This document shows positions 13,151 through 26,848 of a stretch of 64,000 nucleotides of DNA, piece by piece; positions within the stretch are counted from its first letter, which is position 1, and each line of letters opens with the position of its first letter. Source of the DNA: Eledone cirrhosa (lineage: Eukaryota); contig OZ024743.1 of assembly GCA_964016885.1 (NCBI GenBank), positions 168,454,001 to 168,518,000 of the forward strand. The letters are read 5' to 3'. The position numbers were made by a program, and so were the translations under genes. A model generated the notes under the pieces. That model had not been told where the DNA came from. It saw only the letters and a program-made list of their open reading frames with translations, and did not search any database.

Positions 13151-14466
13151 AACTGTCTATCTTTTCAGTTTAGCCTCCGTTTTGTATTTGGTCGATTGAA
13201 GATAGAAACATTTTTTCTTCGTATTTTGTAGATATTTGTATTAGTTTTACAATATTCTTTACGAGATAGATTTGTATTTCTACAGTAGATATTTTATCAT
13301 AGTTCTCTACTTGCACAAGGCGCTACTTTCATATAGTTGTGGTATGATGATTTATGTCAAATTTTGGGTAGTGTGTTCTAAATGCATGGTTTATTGATGT
13401 CTAAATGCTCCCCCACCCCAACTACTCTCCCCTGATAGATTTCATTTCCCTCTTCAACATTACATCAATTGTTAAATTAGCGAAGTCATCGTGGAGAGTG
13501 GGTATCGATCATTCGATGAACACGTACATGTCGTTAGTGACCATGGATACAGAATGTTGCAGTTGGCAATGAATTATAACAATCGATATAACTGTAGGTA
13601 TTATTAACTATCCATCAGAGATGGCAGACTTTTGATTATTTATTTGTTGATCTAAGGAGGAAGGACAATGTCCCATGGATAATGTTTTCCTTCATTCTTA
13701 GACCAGAAAACGAAGTAACAGTGATGTTAGTACGGTTAATATTCTGTTTGAAATATTGACCGTCTTTATCACTTAAGCGACCCTGAACAAATACAACTAT
13801 GATGAAAGGCTTTTCAGACATATTAAGAAGAACATCTAGAACTACATTAACCAGTGTGTATTTTACTTGTTTAAGACTATGCAATACGAATTGCGGAAGA
13901 ATTGATTACTATATCTAGTAGGTCATGTGGGGAATCATAAGGCTTCAAGACCAGGAACCGACATTTGCAGATGTAATTAAGCTGAGAGAATGCAATTTTC
14001 CAGAAAATGTGTCTATCTGCTGGGTATCATATATTTGAAATATGTGTATAGAGACCATTAAAATAAACGGAGTAGTTTTTTTATGTGTGGAGGCGTGTAG
14101 CTTCGTGGTTAGGATGTTCAGTGCACGATTTTAAGATCCATATTGCTAAATTAAGATGTATCTGTTATTCAGAGGGCTAACACATTTTATATGTAGCGCG
14201 TACGCTTCAGATATGAGTGAATTACCAACACTCAAATATTGGAAAAAATATTAAAAATGACCAAATATAAAATGTCTTTAAATTTTGAAAATAATAATAG
14301 TAATTTCGTCATGTTCAAATGGTTTGAACCTATAAAGATGCATGCAAGTTTGCCATGTGTTTTATATCATATAATATATTTATCCCTCTCTCTATGCTTA
14401 CATAACGATGGCTCATTTTTTCGTGACTACATTCCAATACTCAGGCAACTATATATATATATATAT

Positions 14467-14806
14467 CATCATCATCATCATCATTCTACGTTCAGTTTTC
14501 CCTGCTTGCAAGGGTGGGACGGGAACTGATTCTGGCTTGATTTCTACAGCTGGATGCCCTTCCTAACACTAACCTCATTTACAGTGAGTGGTGGGTGGTT
14601 TTTGCCGTGGCACCTACACGACCACTTTGCAGTGGAATGATAGGGACCCCAATCCCTATCATCTGATTTCTACAGCTGAGTAAACTGGAGCAATGTGAAA
14701 TAAAGTGTCTTGCTCAAGGAAGCAACACATCACCCGGTCTGAGAATTGAACTCACAACCTTTCGATTGCAAGGCCAATGCTCTACCCACTAAGCCATGTG
14801 CTTCCA
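14467..14806 (-). mobile_element. tRNA-derived SINE of a second family (Meta/V-like domain, (GAT)n tail)
   Basis: Minus: ggaagcacatggcttagtgggtagagc...gagttcaattc...ccttgagcaagacacttta...ggaagggcatccagctgtagaaa...(gat)n. Confidence 0.7.
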
Positions 14807-14808
14807 TG

Positions 14809-15027
<219 letters not shown>

Positions 15028-15155
15028 AAAGTTATATTTAAATTGTTGGGTTACAACTAGTAACTATTTATAACTGATATAAAAGCACTCAAGAAGTATT
15101 TGGAGTATATTTACGATATTAAATAAATGGAAACTATATTTATAAAACCATATTT

Positions 15156-15219
15156 ATTTCATTATATATATTTCAGGGATATCATATTAACAATATGTTA
15201 TGCCTTCCTCAGACAAAAT
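15156..15219 (-). ncRNA. Type I hammerhead ribozyme, AUA site
   Basis: Minus: attttgt CTGAGGA AGGCATAACATATT-gtt-AATATGATATCCCT GAAA TATATA TA atgaaat; downstream sequence shared with the 38166 motif. Confidence 0.75.
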
Positions 15220-16059
15220 ACAATATAGACAGTTTTATAGATAAATAGATTTGACATACCGTTCAACATCGACTTGTATTTGAAAAAGTTGATTTGGCAG
15301 TGAAAAATTGTAAACAGAAAGAAAGAAAGAGAGAAAGAAGGAAAGAAAGAAAGAAAACGAAGAAAAAGAAGAAAAAGAAGAAATGCATGCAACAAAATAG
15401 AGAGATGGAAAGATAGATACAGAGAAGAACTTCATGTAAAGAAACAGAGAAAGATATATATAGAGAGAGGAAATAGATAGAGATAGATATATATAGAGAA
15501 AAGTAGGTAGTTGGACATCCGTTGAATGAACGTATCAATGATACATTTATTTATTTATTTATTTATTTAGCTCTAGTATTAATGTAAGGGAGATATATGT
15601 GGTTAGGAAAGAAACCAGCCGTTATATAGAGAGAAAAAATGAAAAGTAACCAGACATAGGCGAGGCAGAATTTAAACCCTATGTTTTAATGTAGAAATAT
15701 TAGTTCGTATAAAAACCAGGCACTATAATGTAAATATCAGTATTCCTGAATGAGACACGTATCCATAATGTGTGAAAAGTAATGATCTTATGTCTAGTTT
15801 TAAAAATTCATATGTTTATATGATAACTACAGACATCGATGTGAATTTACGTGATCAACACTGCAAACCCCTATTTCACACGGAGAACATTCTCATTGTG
15901 CTATAAAAATTTAAGTATACATATATATATACACATATATATAGAGTCTATATTAATTTTAACAATACTATTCTTGTCTTTACTCTACATGATTATCTAT
16001 CAAGCAGAAATAGAGAACAGATTTCAATATATTAATAAAAAATATCAGAAACAAAAACA

Positions 16060-16092
<33 letters not shown>

Positions 16093-16589
16093 CAAATAAA
16101 TAAAATAGAAAACTAAAAAATATTACATATTAAAAATAAAAATATTAAAAATATTAAAAATATTAAAATTATTAAAAAATATTATTAAAAAATATTAAAA
16201 TAATAAAAATAAAAACATAATAGAAACATAATATGCCACGCAAATCGACCACAAAGATCAACCCTTCAAAATTAATTGACAATATATTGCCAAGTTCATT
16301 ATAAGCAGATAAAGCTAAAAATTATTTACCAAATCGCGTCTAGCAGAAATCATTTCAAAAAAGTTTAGGATGCCCATTTGGTCTACATATGTTCTTATAT
16401 TTAATATAGAAGTTTATCTAGTGTAACGTTTATTCGAAATATTTGGAGCATCAACTTTTAGGGTAGTTTAATTTTTCATGAAGAATGTTTAAATAAAAAT
16501 AAAAATAAAAATAAAAAGAAGAATAAAAAGAAGAAATCGAAAGATTTATCGGCTAGTTTCCCAAATAATTATAAATCAAACTAAATATA

Positions 16590-17738
16590 CTACATTTTAA
16601 ATTTAAATTTATATTTAAAAGTTGAGTTCAATCTATGTTTGCAGCAACTGAATAAATTTGTCCGTAGATTAAGGGAATTTTTAGATTTTAGTATAAAGAA
16701 TATCTCCTCCGCGCAGAGGTCACATGTCTCAGAGGATGAATTAAAAGGAGTCCCTCTTGAGACTATATTCCAAGCCGTCGAATATCTAACGTTATCTTGC
16801 CTAAGTTGCCAGAGTACGCCTGATAGTGCTGTTGAAGATTTTTTGCTTGGATCTGTGAAAGAATTCTTGTGGTTATTATAGCGAAGTTTAAATTCCGTCG
16901 ATGTGGAACCCACATAGTTAAAAGAATTAGAGTCCGTTTTAACATTACAGTTGTATATTATATTTTTAACTAAGTAGTTGTTATTTAACGGACATTTAGA
17001 TCTATCTCTACAGTTACATTTGTTAACTTGTATATTATTTATGCTATTATCGCTAGGTTTTAAGTTCCTATTATTTATTCTATTAATATTTTGTGCTAAA
17101 TTTTTGGTGGATGAGTATGTTAATTTTATAGTATGTCTATTGAAAATTGAGTGATACCTATGTGTTCTAGGGAAGCGATTATCAAGAGCTTTAAAAAATA
17201 GTTTAGCGATGTGGGTTTTAATGTTTAGTGAGAAAGGGGGGGCAAACCATATTATGTTCCTAGTTCTATTTCTTTTTTGGCTTTTGGAATTATTGTAATG
17301 CTTTCTATTATAGTTGTTAAGGTTGTGGCCGTAATTAAAATAGTTGTTATTTTGTTTAGTTTGTCTATCATTATCTATGTACATAATCTTATCACTATAT
17401 CCTGCTCTAGCTAACGCTTCATTGTAGTACTGGGCTTTTACGTCGAAAATCTTTCTATTAGACGAGATTCTAGAGATACGTTTTTGAACAGAGTTTACTA
17501 TAGTGTTTTTGACAGATCTGGGGTGGTTAGAGTTAAAGCTGACATAGTTTAAGTTTTCATTCAACTTGTGAAAAGGATAGTGAAGACATGTGTTGAGATT
17601 TAATGTTATATCTAGGAAATTGACTATTCTATGGTTGTTCTCAATTTCTATTTTTAGATTAAAGTAATTAAAAAATTGTGTAATTTGTTTTCTTTTTCTA
17701 TTTAGTTCAGAGTTATTATTATCAATAAGTAAAAGCAT
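16590..17738 (-). mobile_element. Penelope-like element, 5'-truncated: RT thumb plus GIY-YIG ORF
   Basis: Open ORF with VNFLDITLNL, SNHP, WFAPPFS, CNCR...CPL, IIYNC...YVGST...FKLRY, CDLC...LNLR...CKH. Confidence 0.9.
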
Positions 17739-17759
17739 TATTATTATCAATAAGTAAAA

Positions 17760-18152
17760 CCGACTCAGCTCAGGTAACTGACCTTGTGGGCTTATTTTTA
17801 ATCAATTCGCTACATAGGAAAATACCTGGTACTACCGGAGGTTTATATAGAGATGACATGCTTTTACTTATTGATAATAATAACTCTGAACTAAATAGAA
17901 AAAGAAAACAAATTACACAATTTTTTAATTACTTTAATCTAAAAATAGAAATTGAGAACAACCATAGAATAGTCAATTTCCTAGATATAACATTAAATCT
18001 CAACACATGTCTTCACTATCCTTTTCACAAGTTGAATGAAAACTTAAACTATGTCAGCTTTAACTCTAACCACCCCAGATCTGTCAAAAACACTATAGTA
18101 AACTCTGTTCAAAAACGTATCTCTAGAATCTCGTCTAATAGAAAGATTTTCG
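17760..18152 (+). mobile_element. Inverted, overlapping duplicate of the same PLE RT region, including the YRDD motif
   Basis: GLYRDDMLLLIDNNNSELNRK...NRKIFD; ~17857-18152 is the reverse complement of ~17443-17738. Confidence 0.9.
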
Positions 18153-18644
18153 ACTGTTGTTTCTTGTAAACAAACATTCGTCTCATTCTGACGTCACCAG
18201 CCCTGTCTTTCCTCATGTGCGTTTTATTTTTTATAATCACGCATGATGGTGAACTAGCCTGTTTTAAATTCCCTTTTTGGCATATTAATCTGTGAGAATC
18301 TTGGTTATCGAGTTGATCTCTGCTGAGGATCGAATTCCAACCGTGACCATCTCCACTGAAAATTTTCGTGAAATAGTCTTTAAGACTATACAGAGCATTT
18401 GAAGTTTTTCCAAATTGAAGGATGAGTATTTTAAACTTTATTTTATCATGAGTTAAGGCTCTATTGATTTTTCCCTGGATTTCACTAAATTCTGTGGATG
18501 AATCTATATCCTGATTCTCTTTGAAATGAGTTTGAATTATTTTTCCCACATCTTACGTTAACTTTTTTCCCATTTTGACGCTATAGTCACTTATATATTA
18601 TGGAATACTGTTGGCTTTTCGCTACAATGTTTTCTATACCTTTC

Positions 18645-18680
<36 letters not shown>

Positions 18681-18861
18681 GCGCCTTTCTGTGTCTCACA
18701 CATTTTTTTTGTAAGAAAAATCAGTGATATAATTTATGGAGAAAAAATCTGCATTTCAATACTACTCAATATAAAATGTAATGTGCACGAAAAATTGGAA
18801 AACATTATTTTTGGTAATATATCAAATCAAAATTCCATTTTTAAATCTTATCATTATTTTG

Positions 18862-19045
18862 TGGATTGGCAGTATCGGTAGAGGGTCGGACGCCATGCTT
18901 TGACGCATAGAGTTACGGTCCTTCCCATTCTGAGTTCAAATCCCGCCGAGGTTAACTTTGCCTTTCATCCTTACGGGGTCGATAAAATAAAGTACCAGTA
19001 ATGCACTGGGTGATTATTGGCCTTGTGCCAAAAGTAGAAACAATT
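18862..19045 (+). mobile_element. tRNA-derived SINE (Deu/Nin-like)
   Basis: Full head-to-tail match to the 9835 and 49940 copies. Confidence 0.85.
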
Positions 19046-19340
19046 ATTTTGTTTCTTGTAAATCATTTTTTTCAAAATATCAATTCAAAACTCTTGTGAA
19101 TAGGCATCATATCTTGTCATTTACCTATGGTTTAAATTTCATATAAAACGAAGGGAAAACGTTTTCAGCGCGGTTTTGTGCCCCCGGAGAACCCTTTGAT
19201 TAAAATCAAATATACTTATCCAAGTACCCTGGGCAATTTCATTTCAGAATATATATGGTTATGGGGTCTATCTCCAAAACCATAGGAGTAGTATGTGTAC
19301 AAACAAACAAACGGACAGGAATACAACTTTATATATATCG
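19044..19340 (-). mobile_element. Non-autonomous Helitron fragment related to 29801-30644
   Basis: Shares gaataggcatca...cttgtcatttacctatggtttaaatttcat and atacttatccaagtaccctgggcaat...ccataggag blocks. Confidence 0.65.
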
Positions 19341-19361
19341 ATGTATATTTAATATAGAAAT

Positions 19362-19510
19362 GGTTTCAGAAGATCCCGTTAAGGGTGAAAGCAGCGATTC
19401 TTTGCTTAAAATTTAATCTGTTATTTTAATCAATGTTTGATATATATTTATCTTTATCGAGCCCACTTTGGATTTTAGTCTTCACATTTATTATTATTAG
19501 TATATATATA
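19362..19510 (+). repeat. PLE tail fragment starting at the CAGAAGA hammerhead-like motif
   Basis: tttcagaagatcccgttaagggtgaaagcagcgattctttgctt; a longer inverted copy lies at ~20650-21095. Confidence 0.75.
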
Positions 19511-20202
19511 TATATATACTTTTACCTGTTTCAGCCATCCGGCCGAGGGTGTGGTGGGGGTACGACCCTTATATATATATATATATATATAATCGCAAAA
19601 AATCGAGCTATGTTTATATATGTATATATCATATATATATATATATACAAAACTTTGAGTATGTGTTGGTTGTTTACCGACACTTCAGTATGCAGGTTAG
19701 AGCACTCAACAAAGTGCACAGGTGGGTCTGTTTACTCTGGAGTAATGTAAAAAAAGAAGTATAAGTCAACAGGTTATATATATATATATACGCGCGCTTC
19801 GATACTTTTCACGTACACATAAACTTCAACACACGTTAAAATTTATGATACACTCACACATACTAATCCACTCTTCTCAAGCACATATACAGCACACACA
19901 TTCAAACTTACATTCACTCACACATACACGTCCACTGTCACTAACACATAGATTCATGAACACACTCACTATCTTTGTTACTTTACACAATTTACCGTTA
20001 AAAATTACACACGTTAAAAATTACACTTACACTCACACATAACGATACTAATACACACACACACACACTCCACTTTCCGTTTCTACTCGTTACTAGGACT
20101 GCCTAACTGTTTTCTTGTTTTCACTTTCCATTATCGCTTTTTTTCTGTGTCTTTACTGGACCATTTTTCTGTTTCTTCATTGTGATTCAGTCTCTATTTT
20201 GT

Positions 20203-20236
20203 ACTACTGAAGAAGGGCTTAAGTCCGAGACGTCGG
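20203..20236 (+). ncRNA. Degenerate minimal PLE-type hammerhead
   Basis: CTGAAGA A GGGC-ttaa-GTCC GAGA CG TC; GAAA mutated to GAGA. Follows an AC-rich PLE-tail-like stretch (19800-20200). Confidence 0.55.
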
Positions 20237-20264
20237 ACTTTATTTCCTCTTTTCAATATAAAGC

Positions 20265-20570
20265 GTGAAACTTAAATCTGTTATTTTGAGAGAGACATAT
20301 GCCGGCCTCCCACGCATATCTGTCGTTGTATGTAAAAGGAGAGTAAGATTTGCTGGCTACTGCCATCGTGCCACCTATGAGGTTGTGTCCCCATTAGTGC
20401 TTTGGAAACCACAAGCAGTCACTAATAACAGGGGGCGCAAGATCTCCTATCTCGATGTCATCTTCAGATATTCTAGTATTGAAATCCAGGACTTGGTAGC
20501 GGCAATGAACGACAGACCGACGTGCAGTTCAGTTGTTGAGTCGATTTCGGCTGAGGCCGCCGGATGATGA
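20265..20570 (+). mobile_element. RTE-type LINE 3' fragment
   Basis: YAGLPRISVVVCKRRVRFAGYCHRA...LVLWKP...RGR...YLDVI followed by a gatgatgat tail; ~20469-20517 is duplicated at ~21104-21152. Confidence 0.6.
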
Positions 20571-21189
20571 TTATTATATATATTATATATAATCCTAACC
20601 GAAAACTTTTCGGATTTTAGTCTTCACATTTATTATTACTATATATATATAGTAATAATAATAAATTTGAAGATTAAAATCCAAAGAGGGCTCGATAAGG
20701 ATAAATATATATCAAATATATAAGAACCGTAGAGCAAATATTTATTAAAATAGCAGATTAAAGGTTAGGCAAACAATCGCTGCTTTCACCCTTAACGGGA
20801 TCTTCTGAAATTAAAAATATCAATTTGTGAACGCAGAAGAAAATATTTCGAAAAACGTTGCAACTGAAGGAAGACAAGAAGACGATACTTTTGTTCATGG
20901 AAACGTTCCCTGGCAAAGAACGGAAAAAAACGAAGATAATACGTCATAATTAGGAGCGGTGAAAACAATTACACGCAAAGACAAAACCCCGTTTATGGTA
21001 TAAATGAAGTCGTAGACTAATATTATATAGGTGGTTCGTGGAGACGTTCTCTGGCAATGAACGGAAAAAACGAACATAATACGTCATTATGTAAAGCGAT
21101 GTGTATTCTAGTATTGAAATCCAGGACTTGGTAGCGGCAATGAACGACAGACAGACTGCCATATATATACTATATATATATATGGCAGG

Positions 21190-21872
21190 GGTTCTCTTTA
21201 TTTTAATTTTGAGTACATTTTTGACTGGCCACCTTCTTGGTAGCAAGGTTGTAAAAGAAAAGAAATTGTCATCCCTTGAATCGCAAGAATGTTTTGCGAA
21301 TTTTGAAGCTGCCAGCTATCGCAGCCATTTGTAGTCTATGAATTAGGGATCTGCGCTCTTTGTCCACAAATCCTGGTTCAGTTATACTTTGGTCTAAGCG
21401 GGTTGGTATATAACCTGAAACTCCAATAATGATGGGTATGAAGCTGAAGGTGTATCTTCGAAACTGGATCTGCAACCTCCTCAACAATGGTCCATAGATG
21501 TCCTTCTCTTGTTTTTTTTGTTACAACGTTGACATCATGTGGGCAGCTGATCTATACAACAGAGCACGTTTTCAAGGTGTTGTCCTAAACACCAATATCA
21601 GGATGGTTGTTTTAATTTGACCGGTTGTTTTAATTTGTTTTGAATTTTGTTTTCCTAATTGCGCTCCAGATGGTTCTAGCTATCACATAGTGTCTCATAG
21701 GGAGGTAGTAGCGAGACGACATACTTTCGCAGTTGGCAACAGTGTGACTAACATCTACGATCTTTGTTTTACAAAGCCTACATTTATTGTCGACTGATGG
21801 CCCTCCTCTTTTGTATAGCAGATATTTGGTAGGGATTTCTTGTTCCTGTATTACATAGAGATATCCTCCAAG
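21190..21872 (-). mobile_element. R4/Dong-type LINE 3' fragment (zinc finger plus RLE)
   Basis: IQEQEIPTKYL...CRLCKT...HTVANC...YLPMRH; 3' end nearly identical to 52513-53240. Confidence 0.85.
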
Positions 21873-21881
21873 GTGTGTGTG

Positions 21882-21929
<48 letters not shown>

Positions 21930-22087
21930 TACATACACACACATATATACATACACACATATATACACACACATATATACACACACATATATATGTATAT
22001 ATATATATATACATACACATACATATACACATACATACACACATATATCAACATATCCATACATACACATACACACAAATACACAAG

Positions 22088-22171
<84 letters not shown>

Positions 22172-22174
<3 letters not shown>

Positions 22175-22862
22175 GTCTCCGAACCTTCATGTATTTATTT
22201 GTAGGTATGTGTGTGCGCTTGTTATATACGTATATATAATTATTTATTTATTTGTACACAAGCATACACACATACACATATTTATATGTGCGTGGTTTTG
22301 TATACCTATGGTAAGGTTTTGCGTATGCTTGTGTATGTACGTATCTGTTTGCGTGTATGTATTTATTTGTTCCTATTACTTCTGTATTGTATTTATTTAC
22401 TTTGTTCTTAACTCTGTAGCGGAGATTCATTCGGTCTCCTAGTTAGAATTTTAGTCTACGACTTCTGCTATACCATTTACGTGGTTTTGTCTTTGCACGC
22501 TATTGTTCTCCACGGTCCACATATGACTTATTATCTTCGTTTTTGCGTTCATTGCCAGAGAACGTCTCTATGCACCACTTAGAGAACATTAGTCTACGAC
22601 CTCTTTTATACCATAAACGTGGTTCTGTCCTTGCACGTAATTGTTTTTCACCGCTCCTATTAATGACGTATTATTCGTTTTTTCCCGTTCTTTGCCAGCG
22701 AACGTCACCATGAACCAAAGTATCGTCTTCCTGTCTTCCTCCGGTTGCAACGTTTTTTGAAATATCCAGTTCTGCGTTTACAGATTGACTTTGTTAGTTT
22801 CAGAAGATCCCGTTAAGGGTGAAAGCAGCGATTCTTTGCTTAAACTTTAATCTGTTATTTTA

Positions 22863-22865
<3 letters not shown>
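22172..22865 (+). mobile_element. Solo PLE tail (pLTR) ending in the CAGAAGA hammerhead-like motif (22796-22846)
   Basis: Colinear with 39506-40245 and with the minus-strand 3' UTR of the PLE at 38250-38820; between (TA)n tracts. Confidence 0.8.
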
Positions 22866-22912
<47 letters not shown>

Positions 22913-23566
22913 ATATATACACATACATACACACAATATACACACATACATACACACAATCATACGTATATACACACGTACATACACGCACATACATACA
23001 CACATACATATACATGCATACATACGCATGCACAAATATAGATATATGTACACACACCTACGTACGCACACGATAATAAAAATACCGTCACATAAGAATA
23101 AAAATGAATAGAAAATTATTATAAAGTTGACAGCGATACAGGCAACAAATAAATGAACAAACGCACGTGGTAAGCAATACACGCAATTACGCATACACAT
23201 ACATACGTAAAAATAAATACACACACACACACACATACACACACATATACATATACAACACATACACATATACATACACACACACATATATATACATATA
23301 CATATATATATACATACACATATATATATATATATACACACATATTATACAAACACATACACACATACACACACACATATATATAAAAGAAGATACATAA
23401 ATATTATATATATATATAAATAAAAAGTTGGGAATACGACAAATAATAAATAATAAATAATTAGAAAAGGGTATAAATGTTTATAGCTCATTTAGAGCAC
23501 TCAACAAGTTCCTGGAGCAAATGATAAAAGAAAATAAGCATTAAATCACTGTATGTAAAAACGCAT

Positions 23567-23629
<63 letters not shown>

Positions 23630-23820
23630 CGCACACACAAACAACACAACCATACAAATACACACACATATACATACATATATACAAATACGTATATAAA
23701 TACACACATATAGGAAAAAGTATGACCCCACGGCAGAGCTCAAGCCGTTTCTGAGGCTATTATATATATACACACACAAAAACAATTATATGAAAATACA
23801 CACACCAAATATACACACGC

Positions 23821-23859
<39 letters not shown>

Positions 23860-23942
23860 AATACAACAGAAGCATATAAAATACAATTATATACACACAT
23901 ACATATACATACAGATATATAAACATACATACACATATACAT

Positions 23943-24012
<70 letters not shown>

Positions 24013-24014
<2 letters not shown>

Positions 24015-26848
24015 CGGCGATGAATTAGTTTTGCGAGGTTTTTTATATGAAATCGTGTGTCGAAACAGATATTGTTATATTTGGGGAGGGTCATATTTGC
24101 GTAATATTGCCAGAATTAATAACAGAACACACTCACTGTTTGGTTGGTTTTCGCTTCTCAAGCAGCGCACAAGGGATGGTGAGGTAGTGTGTCTACCCAC
24201 AGATAAGTCTGGTAGGATGTCAATAGATAGCATGCCGAACTACATCGAGGCAATGCAACCCCACACCACCAACACGAGCGAAGTTGCACAACTAACACAC
24301 GATGGGAGAGAAAAAATCCTCAACGCTCACATGATGATGTGGACTGACATCCTAAAGCCAAGCAGACGCACTGCCAACAACTTCCAGGCGTCTAACAATG
24401 GCATACCACCCTTGTATGGGCTCCGCAAAGACCACAAGACAGTCGACGACCCGACAACAGGACCACCAACAAGACCCGTATGCGGAGCTAATATAGCTAG
24501 CAACTACAGGATCTCTTACTTCCTCTCAATGGTTATACGCCCCATAATCAAGATGTCCCCAGATGTATGTGAAAGTACAGAGGACCTCCTCAGCAGAATC
24601 AGTGAGTGCAACAAAAACAGGAGCCTATCCAACTGCATAATAGGCAGCATGGATGTGGTGTCACTGTACCCATCCATTAACATTGATTTTGCTGTGAAAA
24701 GATGTGTGGAGATGATCATTGAGAGTGAGGTGGAGTTCTGCGACGTCGACACAGACGAACTGGGCCTCCTACTTAGACTTACCTACGACACTGACTACCT
24801 AGACAGCCATGACCTTAGATGTTTCTGCCCTAGTAGACCTATAAGTGGTAGACCCCCCACCATAACCTCAATGGCTAAAAAGACTCCCATAGGAAGGTGG
24901 ATTGGGTGGACCAAAGCTATACGGACCCCCCAAAACACTGATCAGGTAAGAAAAATGGTCGCACATGCAATAGGGGCTAGTATCAAAACTACCCTAAAGG
25001 GCCACATATTTAAGTTCAATGAGAAAATCTACACCCAAAATGAGGGAGCAGCCATTGGCGTCAGCATAGCTGGTGATGTTGCCAACCTTTTCATGGTATG
25101 GTGGGAAAGGAGACTTAAAGATCTCCTTAATGAAAGCTCCATAGACCTCATCATGTACTCTCGTTATGTAGACGATATCAATATAGTTATAAGAACACCC
25201 CCACTAGAGAGCACTAACAAGTTTGATTTAGAACGTAGCACGATGGAAAGCATCCAGCAGATAGCTAATTCCATACACCAGAGTATAACTATAACTATAG
25301 ACTTCCCTTCCAAACACCCTAACAATAGACTACCTGTATTAGACACAGAACTCTGGATTAACACTATAGACGAGAGAGCCCAAATTCTCCACTCACACTA
25401 TGCTAAACCCATGGACTCCAAATACCTGATACTCAAAACTCAGCAATGTCCAGTAGTGCTAAGTTTAATATTCTGATCGCAGATTTGGTACGAGTGATGA
25501 AGAATGTGTTCAGCATGTGCGACCCAACAGAAATGGAAGGACACATCCAACACTTCATCAACCGCATGCAGTTCTCTGGCTACAACCAAAGAGACAGAGT
25601 CAGAGTATACGAAGGAGCCATGGAAAAGTATAAGACCCTCATAGAACTGGACATGAAAGGAATTTGCCCACTATACAGGAGAAAATCATGGAATAGCTTA
25701 GATAGGGCTAGACATAAGATAGGGAAGGCCACATCATGGTACGACAACCAGAGATATCAGAGTGTCATGTTTGTGGACGCCACCCCTGGAGGGAAATTAG
25801 CTAACCAGTGTAGAAAGGCCCTGAGAAAGACCCACTTAAAAATAAAGGTGGTAGAAAAGCCAGGAACCACCATAAAATCCCTGATCAGCAAAACCTACCC
25901 TTTTAAGAAAACCCACTGTACCAATAGGAAATGTATCATATGTAAGGTGAACCCCCGGATAAACTGTAAAACTAGAAACGTAGTCTATAGCATAAGATGT
26001 ACAGAGGGTACTTGCAGAAACACGACAACAACATACATAGGTGAGACAGCTCGTAGCATAGGTGAAAGGATAGACCAACACTGGGGGGAACTAAAAGGAC
26101 GAAAAAACGGGTCAGTACTATACGAACATGCTAGACAACAACATGACGGTAACATAGACAACATAGAAATTAGAATAATATCTAAACATAGGAATGACCC
26201 AGCAGATAGGCAAATCAGAGAGGCCAGTGAAATAGAAATTAGAAGACCAAAGCTAAACAGAAAGAATGAGTGGAACAACAACAACACCCAAACAAACAAC
26301 ACTGACCTAAGAGAAGTATAAATAAATAAGTAAATTAAATTAAATAAATAAAATAAGATAAATAAATACATACACAAGCACATAAACACACACTAGTCAC
26401 CCAGCAGACACAACACTATACACACTAGTCACACATCACACATAACACTATACACACACGCAAACGCATGCGCAAAGAAGACAAAATAAAATAAGATAAA
26501 CAAACAAGCAAATAAATAAATAAATATATAGACAGACTGAACAAAAAAAAATGGCGTAGACATACAACACAACAGGAGGAACAATGAATATAACACCACT
26601 GACGATGTTGCAGATGTGCAACGAAAGATTTATGTAAATTATGTAAACTATATATATATGTGTTTGTCTATATTGTATCTGTATTATTTTTGACCGCCGG
26701 TCAGTCAATGGCAACATTGAGGACCGAGTAAGTTAGATCGCAGATATATATATATATAAAAGACAGCGAGAAGCGAAAACCAACCAAACAGTGAGTGTGT
26801 TCTGTTATTAATTCTGGCAATATTACGCAAATATGACCCTCCCCAAAT
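24013..26848 (+). mobile_element. Penelope-like element, 5'-truncated, with inverted terminal segment
   Basis: ~24075-24160 is the reverse complement of ~26766-26850 (gggagggtcatatttgcgtaatattgccagaattaataacagaacacactcactg); inserted in (TA)n. Confidence 0.9.
24160..26321 (+). pseudogene. PLE RT plus GIY-YIG polyprotein with a single frameshift at ~25437
   Basis: PTDKSG, PPLYGLRKDHK, RPVCGA, SMDVVSLYPSI, GAAIG, YSRYVDD, LPVLD; then C-x4-C-x2-C, NVVYSIRC...YIGETARS...R...H...E...LNRK. Adding one A at ctcaaaactca joins the two ORFs. Confidence 0.9.

Noticed and set aside
18323-18370. CTGAGGA...GAAA, plus other isolated CTGANGA matches (11473, 27159, 28140, 34112, 41614, 56722, 58932)
   Set aside because: No consistent stems I, II and III.
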